A stretch of DNA of 64,000 bases, taken from NCBI GenBank assembly GCA_964016885.1, contig OZ024742.1:50964001-51028000 (forward strand), given 5' to 3'. Shown here piece after piece: positions 13,484-23,999 of the stretch; positions within the stretch are counted from its first letter, which is position 1, and each line of letters opens with the position of its first letter. This DNA comes from Eledone cirrhosa. Taxonomy: Eukaryota. The translations under genes and the position numbers were made by a program. The notes beneath the pieces are model-generated. The model saw nothing but the letters and a program-made list of their open reading frames with translations. It did no database searches and had not been told where the DNA came from.

Positions 13484-14512
13484 TATTCAATTCTTTATCA
13501 ATTTAGAATCTTTTCTCAAAGGCACATACACATACACCTCTTTAAAATATACCCATCTTCCTACCATACTTTAAAGAGCATTATACACTCTATAATACTT
13601 GTTTACTCATTACCCTCATTCTATCTTCACCTTGTAAAATCCTTCATAACATATACATCTCTTTTTTTTTTGACGTTAGAATATTCATCCGCAATCATTA
13701 TTTTTTTCTCTCTATCATAAATCTGTTTAATCTCAATTTCATCCTTAATTTATTATTTTTTTCTCCCCATCAACGAACTCATTCTTAATACATATTAACT
13801 CTTTATTCGCATATATTATCAATTCCTCCAATATACAAACTTTAACTTCACATTATTTTTTCTCAAATCCTTCTACACACAAACCTTAATAATTTTTCTC
13901 TTCGTTAATTTTGAAACTGCCACAATACTTATCTACATACCCTTTTTTGACGTTAGAATATTCATCCACAATTATTATTTCTTCTCTCTATCTTCATACA
14001 TAAATTCCCTTCGTTAATTTTCAAATTCCTTTAATTTATACATTATCTTCCAACGGTTCTCAACATCTCTATGTAAACAATATATCTTTCTCTCTGTTAT
14101 AAAAACTATCTCTTTCTCTCTATCACCCATCTCTCTCTCTCCACCTTCACTCTCATCTCCTCCCCCTTTTTTTCATCCTTTCCACCCCCCTCCCTAAATA
14201 AAATACTTTTTCCTCGCACATATCCTCCTTTCGTTAATTTTCAAATTTTTTTAATTTATACATTATCTTCCAACGGTTTTCAGCCTCTCTATGTAAAACA
14301 ATATATCTCCTCTCAGTTATAAAAACTATCTCTTTCTCTCTATCACCCATCTCTCCCTCTCATCTCCTCCCCTTTTTCATCCTTTCCACCCCCCCTCTCT
14401 AAATAAAATATTTTTCCCAATATCACACATCAATCTAAAACCACTTCTCATATGTTGATTTAAAACTGCACTATCCACAAGTGTTTTTTAGCCTTCATAT
14501 CATGTTCTCCTG

Positions 14513-14579
14513 TTTTATCTGATGAAAACACAAATATTATTGCATGATGATGTTTGTTTTTGAAATGCGCATAATAAAA
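14513..14579 (+). ncRNA. Type I hammerhead ribozyme in PLE 3' pseudo-LTR
   Basis: ttttat-CTGATGA-long stem II-GAAA-tgcgca-TA-ataaaa, in sense orientation to the RT ORF. Confidence 0.9.
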
Positions 14580-14674
14580 TACATGGAACTCCCTTAAGCA
14601 TCTTTTGATCTTATATTATATATATATATATATATATATGGAAAAGATGAAACGAAATTTATATATATATATAT

Positions 14675-15110
14675 ATAATATTAATAAATTGAAACTATAT
14701 TTATAAAACCATAATTATTTTATTATATATATTTCAAGGGCAGCCAAGGCAAATTTTGGTGCGCTTTCATCAAATAAAGTACAACATTTGTTTTATAAAT
14801 GTTGACACACCCGGGGAAAAACAACCTTGACGGTTCGGGTCCTCTGACTATCCAGACAACCTCCAACCGTCAAGGTTGTTTTTCCCTGGGTATGTCAACA
14901 TTTATGAAACAAATTTCGTATTTTATCTGATGAAAGCGCACCAAAATTTGCCTGGTTGCCCTTGAAGTATATATAATAAAATAATTATGGTTTTATAAAT
15001 ATAGTTTCCATTTATTAATATATCGAATATTTACTCCAGTAATTAGCTGAGTGCTTTACATCCGTTATAAAACTTTTAAGCTTGTTGATTCCCAACAAAT
15101 TAAATATAAC
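14675..15110. mobile_element. Palindromic (tail-out) non-autonomous PLE derivative with an HHR in each arm (family G)
   Basis: 14675-14835 and 14865-15020 are inverted. Minus-strand HHR at 14718-14779 (TTGATGA/GAAA) and plus-strand HHR at 14921-14981 (CTGATGA/GAAG). Confidence 0.8.
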
Positions 15111-15113
15111 TTT

Positions 15114-15162
<49 letters not shown>

Positions 15163-15680
15163 ATATAAATTAATAAAAACAATGAAAGGAAAACAAAGAA
15201 CAGGTTCCTTATATAAAAAAATCATCATTTTACGATCGTTTCTGGGATATAAATGTGTGTGTTGGTATGTATATCATATTAAAGTTCTATGTAAAAAAAT
15301 ATATTACAAATTATCGGAGATATACATAACTTCACTTAAATATGCCATCTTCAGAAATGATGAAGATGGCATATTTAAGTGAAGGTATGTATATCTCCGA
15401 TAATTTGTAATATTTTTTTTACATAGATCATTAATATGATATACATACCAACACACACATACCAACACGATCGTAAAATGATGATTTTTTTTTTAAATGT
15501 AAGGAACCTGTTCTTTGTTTTTATTCAATTGTTTTTATTAATTTATCTTGACTCTGTTTTCCTATGATTTTTATCGTTAAATTGTGATTGCATTTTCTCT
15601 TTCCATGATGTCTTCTGTATTTGGATTACATCGAGTACTTCAGACGATTTGGACACTACCTTTTATTTTGGTAGATATAT
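15163..15680. mobile_element. Palindromic TA-flanked element with HHR remnant
   Basis: Inverted arms centred near 15355. The left arm on minus retains GAAA-cgatcg-TA, but the 5' core has decayed. Confidence 0.65.
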
Positions 15681-15681
15681 C

Positions 15682-15779
<98 letters not shown>

Positions 15780-15802
15780 CATATATATATATATATATAT
15801 AT

Positions 15803-16325
15803 AGTAATAATAATACATTTGAAGACTAAATCCAAAGAGGGCTCGATAATGATAAATATATATCAAATATATAAGAACCGTAGAGCAAATATTTATTAAA
15901 ATAACAGATTAAAGTTTAAGCAAAGAATCGCTGCTTTCACCCTTAACGGGATCTTCTGAAACTAACAAAGTCAATCTGTAAACGCAGAACTGGATATTTA
16001 AAAAAACGTTGCAGCCGGAGGAAGACAGGAAGACGATACTTTGGTTCGTGGAATCGTTCGCTGGCAAAGAACGGGAAAAAACGAATAATACGTCATTAAT
16101 AGGAGCGGTGAAAAACAATTACGCGCAAAGACAGAACCACGTTTATGGTATAAAAGAGGTCGTAGACTAATGTTCTCTTAGGTGGTGCATAGAGACGTTC
16201 TCCGGCAATGAACGAAAAAACGAAGATAATACGTCAAATGTGGAGCGTGGAGAACAATAGCACGCAAAGACAAAACCACATAAACGGTATAGCAGAATTC
16301 GGAGACTAAAATTCTAGTTTAATAA
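15803..16325 (-). mobile_element. Solo pseudo-LTR of PLE family F
   Basis: Near-identical to 43285-43705 and to the reverse complement of 45900-46415. Carries a variant HHR at 15913-15963. Confidence 0.85.
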
Positions 16326-16349
16326 ATATATATATATATATATATATAA

Positions 16350-17447
16350 CTAGCAGCAGTACCCAGCGTTGCCTGGGTAGGTAAAATATTATCTACTTTG
16401 ATGAAAAGGTGTTGATCTTAGCGACTGCTTCTCGATGACTCATCTATGGCAACACACAGGCCATGCGGGGGAGAGTGGTGATGACCTCTATCACTGAGAA
16501 ACGCGAGTGACTGACGAAGGGGCATGCTGGGGGTGGGAGGTAATGATCTCTAACACCATGTCAAATTTCCTCACGCTACTTGTTTGGAAACCGATGAATT
16601 CTCAAATACACAAATAAAAGCTCAGACGGCGTCAGTGGCCATCGTTTTGCCTTTGACCATCTATAAGATGTGCAGTGATAGGTCCTATCGTAGTATAACA
16701 GTTGAACCAAATAAAATAATTCATGTGTGAGGTGGAGCCGAAGTTTCGAATTTGAAAGAAATACGTTGAAAAATGTGGGATATAATGTTAGTTTCTATCG
16801 TAGTATAAAAGTTGAACCAAATAAATTGATTTATGTGTGAGGTGGAGCCGAAGTTTCAAATTTGAACGACATCGGTTGAAAAATGTGGGAGCTAGTGCCG
16901 AAAAGGCAGACATTTGGGCGAATAGTTGGTAATTTCGAATATTTAAGCGGCTGCCACAACATTCCAAAACAAAAACTTCAAAATGTAAAGCCATTTTAAA
17001 GCGTAAAATAATGAGATCTAGCGTAGTGTAAAACTTGACCAGAGTAGGTTCATTAATGTGGGAGCAAGAGCAGAAAGAGTGGAACTTCTGAGTCTAAAAG
17101 TGGTATTTTTGAATATTTAACCGTCTGCCGCGCCGCCTATTAACAAGAAATGGAAAATATAGAGCGATTACACGACGTGCAATAATAAATTCTATTTTAC
17201 TTTAAGATTTGAAAGAAATCGGTGGCAAAATGTGGGAGATAAAGCCAAAAATCTTATTTTTCGATACCTTAAAAAAGGTGAGCACCCTATCAATTTTTAT
17301 CTTCAGAATGACAATACGCTGATATATGGAATGACTAATCTATGATCCTGTAAAGTTTCAGCAAAATCGGTAGTAAGATGTAAGCCTCTATAGGTAATAC
17401 ACAGACACACAGACACACACACACATACTTAATTTTATATATACAGA
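16350..17447 (-). mobile_element. Non-autonomous Helitron
   Basis: On minus: A|TC...CTAG|T ends, a 3' subterminal hairpin (tacccag cgttgc ctgggta on plus) and an (ACAG/AC)n tract near the 5' end. Confidence 0.75.
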
Positions 17448-17462
17448 TTACATATATATACA

Positions 17463-17544
<82 letters not shown>

Positions 17545-17546
<2 letters not shown>

Positions 17547-18175
17547 TGTACACTTCTTCGGAAAGTATGTTTATAGCCTTTCAGAAACTAATTAGTTGGG
17601 AGGGAAATTTTAGTAAGTAAGTTAATTTTATAATTTTCTTATCTTACGTCTCTTATATTACTGTTCTGCAACCCCTTGCATTGAACCACAAAGTTACTAA
17701 GACAAAACCTATATATTTGCTCGCATAAGTATGCATCTGTGTGTATATATATGTTACTAGATATACTAATTCTTTATAATTATCTCCAAATTATTTGTCG
17801 AGCAAAATTGGCCAAGACTGCTGCCTTGGTAACAGTCAGTCCTGCTGTCTTCTTAACAAACCACTTTCCACTGATTGACCTCGATGTCACGTGATTGATT
17901 CTTTTGAATTTGCCACCGACGCAGTAGGCAGTGATTTTCTCAATGGTTAGGAATTTAGTCCACGCTTTGCTTTTTTCTATCCACTGAATTATTTTTGTAT
18001 AAGTTCCCAGTGTCCACGTATTGCCTGGAAACTTAGCTGCGAATAGACTTCCCTGATGACGAAAGGCTTCTCTGTACACTTCTTCGGAGAGTATGTTTAT
18101 TCCCTTTAAAGAAACTAAGTAGTTGGGAGTGAAATTTTAGTAAGTAAGTTAATTTTATAATTTTCTTATTTTACG

Positions 18176-18183
<8 letters not shown>
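17545..18183 (+). mobile_element. Retrozyme-like family C, about 528-bp unit with HHR at 18047-18130
   Basis: acttcc-CTGATGA...GAAA-ctaagtag-TT-gggagt. A half-HHR at 17583 marks the preceding unit. (TA)n lies on both sides. Confidence 0.85.
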
Positions 18184-18216
<33 letters not shown>

Positions 18217-18292
18217 TATTTTTAAACTTGGGGATGGTCATATTATGTAATGTATCTGTGACTATGTCTAAATATATACATATATATCCTTA

Positions 18293-18329
<37 letters not shown>

Positions 18330-18333
<4 letters not shown>

Positions 18334-18662
18334 TTATACTTTGGGAGGGTCATGTTGCCAATAAGAAACACACGCACCAGCTGCTTTAACTTCAATTTAT
18401 TATAATAAATGTATAATAAATTTATAAATTTCTGGTTGGTTGGTTGGTTCCACAAACAAATAGTTGTTTATATATTGTCATAATTCTTTCGTCACACACT
18501 ATGTGACCTCTTCAATGACTGGGGATTCCTTTCTTTGTTTTTGTGCCTCTCCTTTGTTCTGTCCTACGCCATTTTGTTTCTGTGTGTGTGTTGTGTGCTC
18601 AGTCTGCGCATGCGCCACATCCGTTTCTTATTGGCAACATGACCCTCCCAAAATATAACAAT
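18330..18662 (-). mobile_element. Tail-out pseudo-LTR pair of Neptune-type PLE family H, with variant HHR at 18477-18519
   Basis: 18330-18370 is inverted at 18623-18662. Minus strand reads gtca-TTGAAGA-g-gtcaca/tgtgac-GAAA-gaat-TA-tgac. Confidence 0.65.
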
Positions 18663-18718
18663 ATCGGTTTCAACACACGATTTCAGATAAAGAATCTTGC
18701 TAAACAAATTCAGAAACG

Positions 18719-18795
<77 letters not shown>

Positions 18796-18802
18796 CACAT
18801 AT

Positions 18803-20111
18803 GTATTGTTATACTTGGGGAGGGTCATATTATTGTAATAATATTTCCAGAAATAAATCTATATATGTACGTATACCTACACGTATATATATTGGAGATG
18901 TATAAGACCCTCATAGAACTGGACATGTAAGGAATTTGCCCATTATACAGGAGCAAATCATGGAATAGCTTAGATAGGACTAGACATAAGATAGGGAAAG
19001 CCACATTATGGTACGACAACCAGAGATACCAGTGTGTCATGTTCGTGGACGCTAGCCCTGGAGGGAAATTAACTAACCAGTGTAGAAAGGCCCACTTAAA
19101 GATTAAGGTGGTAGAAAAGCCAGGAACCACCATAAAATCCCTGATCAGCAAAACCTACCCTTTTAAGAAAACCCACTGTACTAATAGGAAATGTATCATA
19201 TGTAAGGTAAACCCCCGGATAAACTGTAAAACTAGAAACGTAGTCTATAGCATAAGATGTACGGAGGGTACTTGCAGAAACATGACAACAACATACATAG
19301 GCGAGACAGCTCGTAGCATAAGTGAAAGGATAGACCAACACTGGGGGGAACTGAAAGGACGAAACAACGGGTCAGTACTATACGAACATGCCAGATAACA
19401 ACACGACGGTAACATAGACAACATAGAAATTAGAATAATATCTAAACATAGAAATGACCCAGCAGATAGGCAAATCAGAGAAGCCAGGAATTAGAACTTA
19501 GAAGGCCAAGACTAAACAGAAAGCACGAATGGAATAACAACACCACCCAAACAAACAACACTGACCTAAGAGAAGTATAAATAAATAAATAAATAAATAA
19601 ATAAATAGATAAATCAATAAATAAATACATACACAAGCACAATAACAACAAACACATATAAACACACACTAGAGAAGATAGAATACATTAACCGATACAC
19701 AGTCACCCAATCACGAACACACATCAAACAAAACACTATACACACACGCAAACGCATGCGCAAAGAAGACAAAATAAAATAAACAAACAAGCAAATAAAT
19801 AAATAAATATATAGACAGACTAAATAAAAATGGCGTAGACATACAATGTAACAGGAGGAAACAATAGCACCACTGACGATGTTGCAGATGTGCAACGAAA
19901 GAACTTTGATAAACTATATATATGTGTTTGTGTCTATATTGTATCTGTATTATTTTTGACTGTTGGTCAGTCAATGGCAACATTGAGGACCGAATAGATT
20001 AGATTACCGATATAAAAGACACTGAAGCGAAAAGCGAAAACCAACCAAACAGTGAGTGTGTTCTGTTATTAATTCTGGCAATATTACACAAATATGACCC
20101 TCCCCAAGTAT

Positions 20112-20118
<7 letters not shown>
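18803..20118 (+). mobile_element. 5'-truncated Neptune-type PLE (GIY-YIG fragment) with inverted termini
   Basis: ORF 19039-19398 reads HCTNRKCIIC..NCKTRNVVYSIRC..YIGETARSISERIDQH. Termini 18803-18852 and 20073-20118 are inverted. HHR at 19869-19910. Confidence 0.85.
19869..19910 (+). ncRNA. Hammerhead ribozyme (family H)
   Basis: acca-CTGACGA-t-gttgca gatg tgcaac-GAAA-gaac-TT-tgat. Stems I and III are weak. Confidence 0.6.
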
Positions 20119-20177
<59 letters not shown>

Positions 20178-20183
<6 letters not shown>

Positions 20184-20737
20184 ATATAAAATAAATAAGT
20201 CAAATGTTTAAAATTTAGCTTCGTTTATTACTGCTATATATATTTCGGTGACAGCCATCTTTGGCTGTGACCTCTTCAGGCCGTCCGATTTAGTGTGTTA
20301 TAGACAAGTACATATGTTGTTGACGTGTATAACATTGTCAATACTCTGATATGCCCAGTTCCTGGTTGGGTTGTTATTTCACTGAGGAACTGAAATCATA
20401 TATGAATCAGATATGATTCCAGTTCCTCAGTGGAATTGGGCATATCAGGAACTGAGCATATCAGAGTATTGACAATGTTATACATCTCAACAACATACGT
20501 ACTTGTCTATACCACACTAATTCGGACTGCCTGAAGAGGTCACAGCCAAAGATGGCTGTCACCGAAATATATATATAGCAGTAATAAACGAAGCTAAATT
20601 TTAAACATTTGACTTATTTATTTTATTTTATTTTACATTACTCCGGAGTAACCAAACCAACCGGCGCACTTCGTCGAGTGTTCCAATCTGCATACTAGGT
20701 GTTGTTATACAACCAACATATACTCGAAAAAAAAAAT
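20178..20737. mobile_element. Palindromic tail-out element with an HHR in each arm (family I)
   Basis: Arms 20178-20400 and 20410-20632 are inverted. Minus-strand HHR at 20230-20284 and plus-strand HHR at 20526-20582. Confidence 0.85.
20526..20582 (+). ncRNA. Type I hammerhead ribozyme (family I)
   Basis: actgc-CTGAAGA-ggtcacagcca aaga tggctgtcacc-GAAA-tatatata-TA-gcagt. Confidence 0.9.
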
Positions 20738-20964
20738 GTATATATATATATAGTTCGACATCTTATCTAGTAAGTAAATAATATGTAAGTAAGATTTCAC
20801 GACATCTACAGTATAGTCAGTTTTATAATTAAGATGTAATTGGAATATTGAAATCATGGCAGATTTTTTAAATTAATTCCATTGATAATATACAGCTGAG
20901 AGAATTTAACTTACAAACATGAAAGGATATGTGGCTACCTAATATATGTATATACATACATACA

Positions 20965-21020
<56 letters not shown>

Positions 21021-21400
21021 TAAAAGGAAATCCTCGCTCTACATTGCTGAATACAATAAATGTAATCTGAGTTTTTCGAATATTAATAATAACATTCCAT
21101 TCGTTTGCAGTTATGCATATACGCCTCAATTTAATAGCCATGTTAGTAGGATGAACCCTTCATTCTTGCTCTTATGCTGGCATGTGAACAGCCAACATAA
21201 GAGCAAGAATGAAGCAATGTAGGGTTATATATATATATATATATATATATATTTAGGTTTATTGGTTCACCACTCGATAGAACTGGTCATTCCGTATGGT
21301 CAACCTCGATGTAATATTATGGAGAGCACTCGGCTTAATGCAACTCACCCGTCAACGTGTGTGTTGTTGGTGGTCCGAGTACGGAGTTAATTATTATAAA

Positions 21401-21829
21401 CTAGCAGTGGTACCCGGCGTTGGACGGGATAAGGTATTTTGGAACGCGGGCCGGCAACACACCTAATCGTGGAAAACTGCAAGCCTGGACAATATGTAAC
21501 GAAAATAAACCGAATACACTGATGGTGGGATAATCTTTCAGATTTTCCTCGATGAAGGAAGAAAAATGTAGGTTTTCACCTAGAGGATCAAGAAAATAAT
21601 TGGTTTTTATGTGCATAATATGCATTGAAATGTCTGGAAAATCGGCTAGACGTAACGGCTCCAAAAAACCCTAAACAGCTTAAAACACGCAGTTTTTCAC
21701 ATAATGCGGGACCAAGGGGATCAACAAGTTGAATTTGTTTATGTGCATAACAGTCCCTGAAACATGAGTAAAGTTTGAAAAAAATCTGTTGGGTACTTCT
21801 CGAATTTTAGGGATTCAAACTCACAGACG

Positions 21830-21861
<32 letters not shown>

Positions 21862-22195
21862 CACACACTCACACACACACACACAAAGAGACATCCTCAG
21901 GGAAGTGACGTAATGCAGACAGCCAGATATACAGACAGATATTATATGGGCGCGACGTTATATGTATGTATCTATCTAAAAAGAGAAAGACTAAGAATTG
22001 TAGAGAGAGATCGCTAAATCGCCGAATGCGGTCCCTAGGGCATAGAAAATTTGAAATGTTTTAGCTCAGAACACTTCCTGAAACATAAGTATTACATTTC
22101 TAAAGTTTAAAAACAGTCGGTTGGGTGCTTCTCGAGATTTAGGGATTCAAACTCACACACACACAGACAGACATCCTCAGGTTTATATAGAGAGA
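21401..22195 (-). mobile_element. Non-autonomous Helitron nested in another TA-flanked element
   Basis: On minus: A|TC...CTAG|T ends, a subterminal hairpin (cccggcgttggacggg) and internal (CA)n/(ACAG)n. The terminus resembles that at 16350. Confidence 0.7.
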
Positions 22196-22421
22196 TAACA
22201 GGAGGCTGGACTGGTGTAATTCCTTAAAGGGTTATTATACTATGATCATTTAAATGACCGGGTTCAATATGAATCCGGTGACATCATCATGTATTCGAAA
22301 TGTAACAAAGGAATATAATAGACAAAATCCATGGGGCCGAAAATCAGGACATGTGGGTGACCGAATATTTAGCAGCTTCTACCGTACTCGGCCGCCCTTC
22401 CTCTATATATGTATATATATG

Positions 22422-22577
<156 letters not shown>

Positions 22578-22987
22578 TTGGTGCTCTGAAATAGCGATAT
22601 ATATAGGAATGTATATATAGTGTATTTTGGAATACACTGTATGCTTAATTAATAGCATTTTGAAGACCTTACGCTATTGTTTTAAAGTAGTGACTATGTC
22701 ACTTACTTCTTTTTTCATCAAACAATGCTAGATAAGCTGACAGATCTCTGTTCCGTACTGTTGGTACTCCTCAGAGCTTAGCACTCCCTTTGCTAGCTGA
22801 AATTATGAATGTTGGATTCTTATAGAATTCCAGTTATAATCAGGAACTGATTATACAGAGCGGTTGCCGGTCCAGCAAAAATTGAAAATTAGAATTGGCG
22901 CTCTGAAATAGCGATGCAAGTTCCTGATTGTTACTGGAATTCTATAAGAATCCAACATTCATTATTTTCAGCAGGCAAAGGGAGTGC

Positions 22988-23035
22988 TAAGCTCTGAGGA
23001 GTACCAACAATACGAAACAGAGATCTGTCAGCTTA
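22988..23035 (+). ncRNA. Type I hammerhead ribozyme (family A)
   Basis: taagct-CTGAGGA-gta..tac-GAAA-caga ga tctg-TC-agctta. Confidence 0.9.
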
Positions 23036-23304
23036 CTCCCTTTGTTTGCTGAAAAGAGAAGTAAGTTACATAGTCACTACTTTAAAACAATAGCGTAAGG
23101 TATTCAAAATGCTTTTAATTAAGCATACAGAGTATTGAAAAATACACTATATATACATTAATATATATATCGCTATTTCAGAACAACAATACTAATTTTC
23201 AATTTTAGGTGGACCGGCAATCGCTTAGTATAATCAGTTCCTGATTATTACTGGAATTCTATAAGAATCCAATCTTCATAATTTTCAGCAGGAAAATGGA
23301 GTGT

Positions 23305-23352
23305 TAAGCTCTGAGGAGTACCAACAGTACGAAACAGAGATCTGTCAGTTTA
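23305..23352 (+). ncRNA. Type I hammerhead ribozyme (family A)
   Basis: taagct-CTGAGGA-gtac caaca gtac-GAAA-cagagatctg-TC-agttta. Confidence 0.9.
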
Positions 23353-23475
23353 TCTCCCTTTGTTTGCTGAAAAGAGAAGTAAGTGACATAGTCACTACTT
23401 TAAAACAATAGCGTAAGGTCTTCAAAATGCTTTTAATTAAGCACACAGTGTATTGAAAAATACACTATATATACA

Positions 23476-23531
<56 letters not shown>

Positions 23532-23605
23532 GAAGTTTCTTTTCGTGTTGAACATGGTGGATATAAACATGTATTCGTGAGTGAATAATTATAATAATAT
23601 AATAA

Positions 23606-23710
23606 TTGTTTCTACTTTTGGCACAAGGCCAGCAATTACTCAGTACATTACTGGTACATTATTTTATCGACCCCCGTAAGGATGACATGCAAAGTTATCC
23701 TCGGTGGGCA
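23606..23710 (-). mobile_element. SINE 3' fragment
   Basis: Shares tttctacttttggcacaaggcc...ctggtac..ttttatcgacccc..aaggatga with 50218 and 54836. An (AAT)n tail is adjacent. Confidence 0.7.
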
Positions 23711-23999
23711 ATAATAATATAATATTATCAATATATCATTAATATTCCGTTTGTTAACAAGCAAACAGACTCATGAACACCATGTTCTTTTTTCTTTTTA
23801 GTGGAACTTCATCCTTTTGTTCCAGCAGTAGCTTAGAGAAAACAATCAACACTTGTTTCGGATTGTTTTATCCTTTTCAAGATTGCGTATTCTCGTGCTG
23901 GATTCACACTGGAACTGCTGAGAATATATAGTATTCTCAAATGTATACATTGGCTGATTAGTTTCATTTGCATAACGAATGATTTTACGGCCGCCTTTG

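Larger units (their letters stand above)
10879..14617 (+). mobile_element. Near full-length Penelope-like retroelement (Hydra-type) inserted in (TA)n
   Basis: Contains an RT + GIY-YIG frame, a short 5' inverted repeat (10879-10906 / 10976-11002), a 3' UTR with internal duplications and a terminal HHR. (TA)n lies on both sides. Confidence 0.9.
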
